Of a stretch of DNA of 64,000 nt, positions 58,615 through 64,000 are shown piece by piece. Position 1 is the stretch's first letter, and every line of letters begins with the position of its first letter. The DNA lies in IMG/VR virus record IMGVR_UViG_3300032219_000848, positions 38,178 to 102,177 of that record. One strand, given 5' to 3'. The notes below the pieces were generated by a model. That model was given only the letters and a program-made list of their open reading frames with translations. It ran no database searches and was not told the DNA's origin. A program made the position numbers and the translations under genes. Source of the stretch: a virus (lineage: Duplodnaviria; Caudoviricetes).

Positions 58615-59052
58615 ATGCAAAAAGAAATTTATCCAAACTATATACTTACCTCAGATGGTAAAATATATTCTAAGAAATCTGAAAAATTCTTAAAGCCCTT
58701 CTATAATACTAAGAAATATCAATGTGTTGATTTACCTAATGTTAAATCTGCTAGAATACATAGATTAGTAGCTGAAGCTTTTATAGAAAATCCAAACAAT
58801 TTACCTCAAGTTAACCATATTGATGGTAATAAATCTAATAATGATGTTTCTAATTTAGAATGGTGCGATAATAGAACTAATGCTATACATTATCATAAAT
58901 CTAAATCTCCTGGAGTTAGTATTACTAAATACGGTAATTACCTTACCAAAATTTATTTAAATAAAAAACAAGTATATTTAGGTACATTTAAGACATTGGA
59001 AGAAGCTAACTTAGCTTATTCTACCGCCCTTGACCAACGTATTTTTTCTTAG
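58615..59052 (+). CDS. HNH homing endonuclease (HNH_3 plus AP2-like)
   Basis: IHRLVAEAFIENP..QVNHIDGNKSNN..NLEW; YLGTFKTLEEA..AY; antisense to its neighbours. Confidence 0.85.
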   Translation: MQKEIYPNYILTSDGKIYSKKSEKFLKPFYNTKKYQCVDLPNVKSARIHRLVAEAFIENPNNLPQVNHIDGNKSNNDVSNLEWCDNRTNAIHYHKSKSPGVSITKYGNYLTKIYLNKKQVYLGTFKTLEEANLAYSTALDQRIFS

Positions 59053-59152
59053 TGGGAGTAGCTTTAGGACCAGAAGATTTAGAATGTTTTCCTTTACGTC
59101 TTCTTCCAAATACAACTTTTATTGCTTCTGTAGAACCTTTTGCCTTTGCCAT
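59021..59152 (-). CDS. 43-aa basic protein ending KYVGQGR (not in ORF track)
   Basis: MAKAKGSTEAIKVVFGRRRKGKHSKSSGPKATPTKKKYVGQGR. Confidence 0.65.
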   Translation of the reverse strand: MAKAKGSTEAIKVVFGRRRKGKHSKSSGPKATPTKKKYVGQGR

Positions 59153-59154
59153 TT

Positions 59155-59583
59155 TTATATAGATGATAATTGGAAATGCATTGCATCTAACCTTTGCCAA
59201 TCTCCACCCCAGTCAAATCCTGCATCTTTAAAACATTTGACAAACCCTGAAGATAACTTAGGAATTTGATTTAATTGGTTCTCGAAAGCGTTTACATCCA
59301 CAGCAATACCCCAGGAGTGTAATGACATAGATGTTAAACCACGCTTCTTACGAATGTTGAAGCATCCATCCCATGTTTTTAATTCACTTACATGTCCTGT
59401 AGCTATAAGACTTTCAAATGCTTGTGTTAAAGGACCTACAATATCTTTATTACAATATAACTTTTTAGGAATAACACCAATCTCTAGATGTGCAGGAATA
59501 TCCCACATCACCATATGCTTACTTTGTGTAGCAACAAGATCTGGTTGTCCGTATTTCTTTAATGCTTGTGCACTAGTTATCAT
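59155..59583 (-). CDS. Endolysin, M15 (L-Ala-D-Glu) peptidase
   Basis: R..SLHSWGIAVD, WGGDW..DAMHFQ. Confidence 0.88.
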   Translation of the reverse strand: MITSAQALKKYGQPDLVATQSKHMVMWDIPAHLEIGVIPKKLYCNKDIVGPLTQAFESLIATGHVSELKTWDGCFNIRKKRGLTSMSLHSWGIAVDVNAFENQLNQIPKLSSGFVKCFKDAGFDWGGDWQRLDAMHFQLSSI

Positions 59584-59731
59584 TACTTTTTTTCTTTACT
59601 GTAGTAGGATTCTTTTTCTTATCAGTAGCTTCTTTTTTATTTTTAGAAGATTTAGCTACTATAGCTTTACCTTGTATATCACACTTCTTACAAAATAATT
59701 CTTTAATGAAATCTATAATTTTTTTTAACAT
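59573..59731 (-). CDS. 52-aa basic protein in the lysis cassette (not in ORF track)
   Basis: MLKKIIDFIKELFCKKC...; overlaps the endolysin start. Confidence 0.4.
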   Translation of the reverse strand: MLKKIIDFIKELFCKKCDIQGKAIVAKSSKNKKEATDKKKNPTTVKKKSNDN

Positions 59732-59751
59732 GACAGTTTTGGTTTATATTA

Positions 59752-60201
59752 TTAAATGAAAATATATTTAAAGTATAAATATACTAAAATAAGCAAAGTC
59801 TCAAAAATAAACGCACCAACTAACCAAGTTGGGTAGATTGTTTTTGTTACAATTTTTTGAGAATTTGTGACATCAGAAGTTTCCTTATAGCGATACTTTT
59901 TCTCATATACGCTCTTAATAGAGTCGATGTTTACCGTGGTTTGAATCTTACCTCTGTAAGACCTGATAATTATCTTGCCTTGTGGTAATATTATTTTACT
60001 GTAGAAAGTTGTTAAGATGCCAGCAGAATCGCAAGGATTGTCAATAGTTAATGTATCGTGAACAGCATTAAATTTTGTAATTATTATTTCGTTTATAACT
60101 GTATCAATACGTATCTTTTCTTTTGTAACTGTTACATTTTGTAACGGTTTGCAAGATGCAAATGAAATAATGGCAAGGATAATTAAAATTTTATTTTTCA
60201 T
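59752..60201 (-). CDS. Lipoprotein with C-terminal TM, unimolecular-spanin-like
   Basis: Signal peptide with lipobox FASC; C-terminal hydrophobic helix. Confidence 0.6.
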   Translation of the reverse strand: MKNKILIILAIISFASCKPLQNVTVTKEKIRIDTVINEIIITKFNAVHDTLTIDNPCDSAGILTTFYSKIILPQGKIIIRSYRGKIQTTVNIDSIKSVYEKKYRYKETSDVTNSQKIVTKTIYPTWLVGAFIFETLLILVYLYFKYIFI

Positions 60202-60470
60202 TTTGTAGCTAATGGTGGTTTAATTGTTCCTGAGTATGTAGTGAGTGTTAATAACGCAGCGACAAGTCCTGCTTCTATTCCTAATAACATAGCCACATCT
60301 GCATATGACTTACCAACTTCCCACTTATGTATTGCGTAATTAGTGTTGTTAATAAAATCAATAATCAATGCAATAGCAAACACTCTACGGATAGATGGTT
60401 TACCATCCTTACCTACCCACATGTTTTCTATATATTTAAATATCTTTGTTATCTGTTTCATCATCTTCAT
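60198..60470 (-). CDS. Holin-like membrane protein
   Basis: GKPSIRR followed by TM segments; upstream of spanin and endolysin. Confidence 0.55.
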   Translation of the reverse strand: MKMMKQITKIFKYIENMWVGKDGKPSIRRVFAIALIIDFINNTNYAIHKWEVGKSYADVAMLLGIEAGLVAALLTLTTYSGTIKPPLATK

Positions 60471-60729
60471 TTTTATTTATTATTGCAACTGGTCGAGCTA
60501 TTGAATCTTTAGGAGGAAAATCAATAGGAAAAGGAGTTTTATAAGTTGTAGTTTTATACACTTCACGTTCTAGATTATCTATACGTGTCTTATCAATATT
60601 AGATTGAGCCATTAATGCCTTTACATCTTTCTTTATTTCTGTTACATCCTGCCAGATCATCATACCTAATACAGATACAAGTCCTGGAAATATCCAGCTT
60701 TTAAATTGATTGAGTGTAGAATCAGCCAT
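60436..60729 (-). CDS. Membrane-anchored coiled-coil protein (lysis cassette)
   Basis: N-terminal TM then coiled coil. Confidence 0.5.
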   Translation of the reverse strand: MADSTLNQFKSWIFPGLVSVLGMMIWQDVTEIKKDVKALMAQSNIDKTRIDNLEREVYKTTTYKTPFPIDFPPKDSIARPVAIINKNEDDETDNKDI

Positions 60730-60932
60730 AATTATAAATAAAAAACAATAGTATCCCCACCCAGATATAGGATAGAGATACTATGTAGTTAACAAAAAAA
60801 ATTGATGAAATGTAAAACGTTTTAGAAAAAGCAAAAGACTTACCCTGGTACGCAGTGTAAACACTTAAGCGTGGTAAGTACTGTTGATACAAATATCTGT
60901 AATTCTTATCACTTATCCAAATAAATTTTATA

Positions 60933-61301
60933 TTAATATGGATTATGAGATTTTTCTTCTATAATATCTGAATTATACTTAATGTTTATTTTCATTTTGA
61001 AAGCTGCTCTCTGGTCATTAGTGATATAAACTTGTCTTGCTAGTTGGATAAATGCATCATCGAACTCACCCAAACGTTCTTTTTCTCTAATAGCATCTTC
61101 TATATTCCATAAATGTTGATTGGCTTTACATAACTCAAAATATAATGGATCAGTAAATGTAGATTGTGGTACTCTACCACTTATGGATGAGAATTCTTTC
61201 TGAATATTTTTAAGTTTGTCTTCGTCTTTAATCTGGTTTAATTTAATAGCTAGAATAGATATTTTATCTAGCACTTCTCCAAAGCTAACTTCTATTGTCA
61301 T
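60933..61301 (-). CDS. DUF6165-like protein
   Basis: VSFGEVLDKISILAIK, LWNIED, ARQVYITNDQRA..K..IN, EEKS. Confidence 0.75.
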   Translation of the reverse strand: MTIEVSFGEVLDKISILAIKLNQIKDEDKLKNIQKEFSSISGRVPQSTFTDPLYFELCKANQHLWNIEDAIREKERLGEFDDAFIQLARQVYITNDQRAAFKMKINIKYNSDIIEEKSHNPY

Positions 61302-61340
61302 TTTATTTGTATTTGGTGCAATATTAATTAATTTTACTTA

Positions 61341-63368
61341 ATGAAACAAGCAAAAGTATTATATCTAGTTCCTCATTTGTCTACAGGAGGTATGCCAGCA
61401 TTTGTTCTCAAGAGCATAGAAGTGCTACAAAAATATATCAATGTCTGTGTAGTTGAGTATAATTGTTACAGTTTAGACTATGTGGTGCAAAGAAATAAGA
61501 TTAAAGAATTAGTAGGAGATAACTTTCACACTTTGTTTGAAGACAAGACTAAGATATTTAATATCATTAAAGAGTTTGCTCCTGATATCATTCATATACA
61601 TGAACCATCAGAAAGATTTGATGCTCATATAATGAGTGAACTCTATAGACCTAATAGACTTTACAAGATTGTTGAAACTTGTCATGATGTGTCATTTGAT
61701 CCTAAGACTAAGTTATATCACCCTGATGGGTATGCTTTCTGCACACCTTACCACTTGCATACATTTAAAGACTTACCATCTTATAAGCAAGTCATTGAGT
61801 ACCCTATTGACCCAAAGGAATCAAAGAAACTTCCTGGCATAAATAATGTGGTCAATGTGGGACTATGGACACCAGGCAAGAACCAAGCAGAAGGAATAGA
61901 GATAGCACGTAAGAACCCTAACTTTAACTTTAACTTTATAGGCAACCAAGCAAGTAACTTTAAAGATTATTGGGAGCCTTTAATGACTGACCTACCAAAA
62001 AATGTCAAGGTGTGGGGAGAAAGAGATGATGTGGATGAGTTCTTAAAGCATGCTAACATATTTATGTTCAATAGCACATGGGAATGTAATCCATTAGTAC
62101 TTAGAGAAGCAATTAGCTATGGCTTACCAATTGTCGCTCACGATCTACCCCAATATGGGTCCATGTTTGAAAGGTATATTCAACCTATAGACACAGACTT
62201 AAATACTATAAAATGTAATTACATTGTACCTACAGATAACACCTCAGATATTTTTGCTGAGAAGTATAATGAGTTTTATAATAAAGTATTAATGATGCCA
62301 CATGAGGAACAAGATGTACATATATCTAGATACTTTGTTGAGCAACCATTCCTTGAGATTAACTGTTCTGTTAACTCTGAGTTTAAAGTGCAATACTTTG
62401 ATGATAATAATGTTTGTCATTATGAGAACACTATAGGTTCTAATTCGTGGGTTAGACTAAATAGAGAATACTATACTGAATGGAAAATTAAAATATTTGA
62501 GCTTGACAAATTAGTTTACGAGTATAAGTTATCACTAGAAGGTGAAAAAGTATTTATAAACATTGCTAGTAAGTCATTAGGGGACACAATTGCTTGGGCT
62601 CCATATGCTATAGCTTTTCAAAAGAAACATAACTGCAAGGTGATAATGTCAACTTTTTGGAATCATATACTTGACATGCCTGAAATAGAACTAGTTGAAC
62701 CAGGATCAGTGGTGAATGATATATTTGCTCAATATAATATTGGATGGTTCTACGATAGAAATAAAGAACCTGCATTACCTAATACCATAAAGCTCCAAGA
62801 GGCGGCAACTAATATCTTAGGTCTTGAGTTTCAAGAACTTAAGCCAAAGTTAAAGTATAAAGTTGGTAACAATAAATATAGTAAATATGTTACGATAGCT
62901 ACTAACTCAACAGCAGGATGTAAGTTTTGGACAAGAGAGGGATGGCAAGAAGTTATAAATTACTTGCATAACAAAGGATTTGTAGTGGTGAATATATCAA
63001 AGGAGGATAATCCTTTTGATAATTGCCAAAAGATAGATGATATTGATATAGAAAATACAATGAGCGTTATCTATCATAGTCAGTTTATGATAGGACTAAG
63101 TAGTGGCTTGAGCTGGTTAGCTTGGGCTGTAGGCAAACCTGTGGTGATGATTAGTAACTTTACTACACGTGAACATGAGTTCAAAAGTATACGTGTAGTT
63201 AATGAGAATGTATGCCACGGATGTTGGAACGACCCTATGTTCAAATTTGATAAGGGGGATTTCGATTGGTGTCCAAAACTAAAAGATACTCCTCGACAAT
63301 TTGAATGTCAAAGGAGTATCTTAGCTGAGGATGTAATTAAAGTTCTACCTCTTCCTCTTTTAGAATAG
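61341..63368 (+). CDS. GT4-like domain fused to an autotransporter O-heptosyltransferase-like (TibC/Aah, GT9-fold) domain
   Basis: PHLSTGGMP and E.NPLVLREA (GT4); SKSLGDTIAW, IGLSSGLSWLAW, CHGCWND..WCP..FEC. Confidence 0.78.
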   Translation: MKQAKVLYLVPHLSTGGMPAFVLKSIEVLQKYINVCVVEYNCYSLDYVVQRNKIKELVGDNFHTLFEDKTKIFNIIKEFAPDIIHIHEPSERFDAHIMSELYRPNRLYKIVETCHDVSFDPKTKLYHPDGYAFCTPYHLHTFKDLPSYKQVIEYPIDPKESKKLPGINNVVNVGLWTPGKNQAEGIEIARKNPNFNFNFIGNQASNFKDYWEPLMTDLPKNVKVWGERDDVDEFLKHANIFMFNSTWECNPLVLREAISYGLPIVAHDLPQYGSMFERYIQPIDTDLNTIKCNYIVPTDNTSDIFAEKYNEFYNKVLMMPHEEQDVHISRYFVEQPFLEINCSVNSEFKVQYFDDNNVCHYENTIGSNSWVRLNREYYTEWKIKIFELDKLVYEYKLSLEGEKVFINIASKSLGDTIAWAPYAIAFQKKHNCKVIMSTFWNHILDMPEIELVEPGSVVNDIFAQYNIGWFYDRNKEPALPNTIKLQEAATNILGLEFQELKPKLKYKVGNNKYSKYVTIATNSTAGCKFWTREGWQEVINYLHNKGFVVVNISKEDNPFDNCQKIDDIDIENTMSVIYHSQFMIGLSSGLSWLAWAVGKPVVMISNFTTREHEFKSIRVVNENVCHGCWNDPMFKFDKGDFDWCPKLKDTPRQFECQRSILAEDVIKVLPLPLLE

Positions 63369-63732
63369 TAAACTCTACACCATTAACCCAAGTGTACAAG
63401 AATGTATATTGATCAAGCTCAGATGGTGAGTTGATTTGTATTGGAGTGTAGTCAAATTCAGACATGAACAATTCCATTAGTTCTTTATCTCTCTTATGTG
63501 CTCCTTCAGGTGTATATTTATATCCACCTTTTTCATCAATAATTAGATTCTTGTCACCATCTACACTAGCGTTAGATAATAAGATCCAATCTCTTTTGTC
63601 ATTATAAGCATCAATATGCGGCTTAATAATATCACCAATTTTAACTAATTTTTTTTGACCTATGGTCTTACCTTGTTCAATCGATTGGTTAATGTAGTGC
63701 ACTAACTCTAACAGATCACGATACTTTTTCAT
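63337..63732 (-). CDS. Hypothetical protein (tail-fiber-adjacent)
   Basis: ORF overlapping the 3' end of the GT gene. Confidence 0.6.
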   Translation of the reverse strand: MKKYRDLLELVHYINQSIEQGKTIGQKKLVKIGDIIKPHIDAYNDKRDWILLSNASVDGDKNLIIDEKGGYKYTPEGAHKRDKELMELFMSEFDYTPIQINSPSELDQYTFLYTWVNGVEFTILKEEEVEL

Positions 63733-63810
63733 TCTTGTAGTTGATTTAAATGTTTAATAAATACAAAATTAATAAAAAACTTTTGAAACTCCTATTTAAA
63801 TAAAATTTTA

Positions 63811-64000
63811 TTAAAAAGTTGAAATTGCGGCACGTTTCCAAGTATTAGTAGCCGTACATACATAAATATAAGAAGCGTCTATTCTTATCTCACCAAGAGT
63901 ACCTGTAGCACTTGCAGAAGCTGGAGCAGTATTAAGTGCAGATAAATTATATTGAGAAGCCTTAACACTACTTGAAAAAGTAGCTGCACCAAAAGGGTCT
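63811..64000 (-). CDS. Partial tail-fiber-like protein (C-terminus only)
   Basis: Hand translation ...GAATFSSSV...APASASATGTLGEIRIDASYIYVCTATNTWKRAAISTF*. Confidence 0.6.
   Translation of the reverse strand, partial: DPFGAATFSSSVKASQYNLSALNTAPASASATGTLGEIRIDASYIYVCTATNTWKRAAISTF

Noticed and set aside
1-64000. Stop-codon reassignment (TAG or TGA), known in some crAss-like phages
   Set aside because: Structural, replication and lysis genes are full length in the standard code, and no suppressor anticodon is seen

Overview
64-kb segment of an AT-rich, crAss-like (Crassvirales-type) bacteriophage genome in the standard genetic code. The host is probably Bacteroidota (TAnnTTTG-like promoter elements, A-rich leaders without Shine-Dalgarno). 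1-10.9 kb (minus): head and packaging module with ring protein, conserved gene, major capsid, acidic scaffold-like protein, portal, large terminase and HU/IHF-like and HTH proteins. 11.3-25.6 kb (plus): early or host-takeover region of small genes, with a tandem paralog family, a family of compact pseudoknot-like leader elements, a structured ncRNA candidate, an aberrant tRNA-like gene and a MoxR-type AAA+/vWA-like pair. 25.6-51 kb (plus): replication and metabolism genes, namely PolB, DnaB, SF2 helicase, primase, UDG, PD-(D/E)xK nuclease, class II RNR with intein, RecA, an internally deleted dUTPase, PhoH with intein, GroES, three GT2-like enzymes and a methyltransferase. 51-64 kb (mostly minus): late accessory region with a run of tiny Lys-rich proteins, a beta-helix protein, a ferritin-like protein, a lysis cassette and a GT4/O-heptosyltransferase fusion. 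The best candidate for an undescribed system is a putative protein O-glycosylation cassette: a glycosyltransferase resembling plant SERGT1/HPAT enzymes, sandwiched between two genes for mucin-like poly-Thr proteins, one of them missed by the ORF track. All family assignments come from motif recognition by eye, not from database searches.
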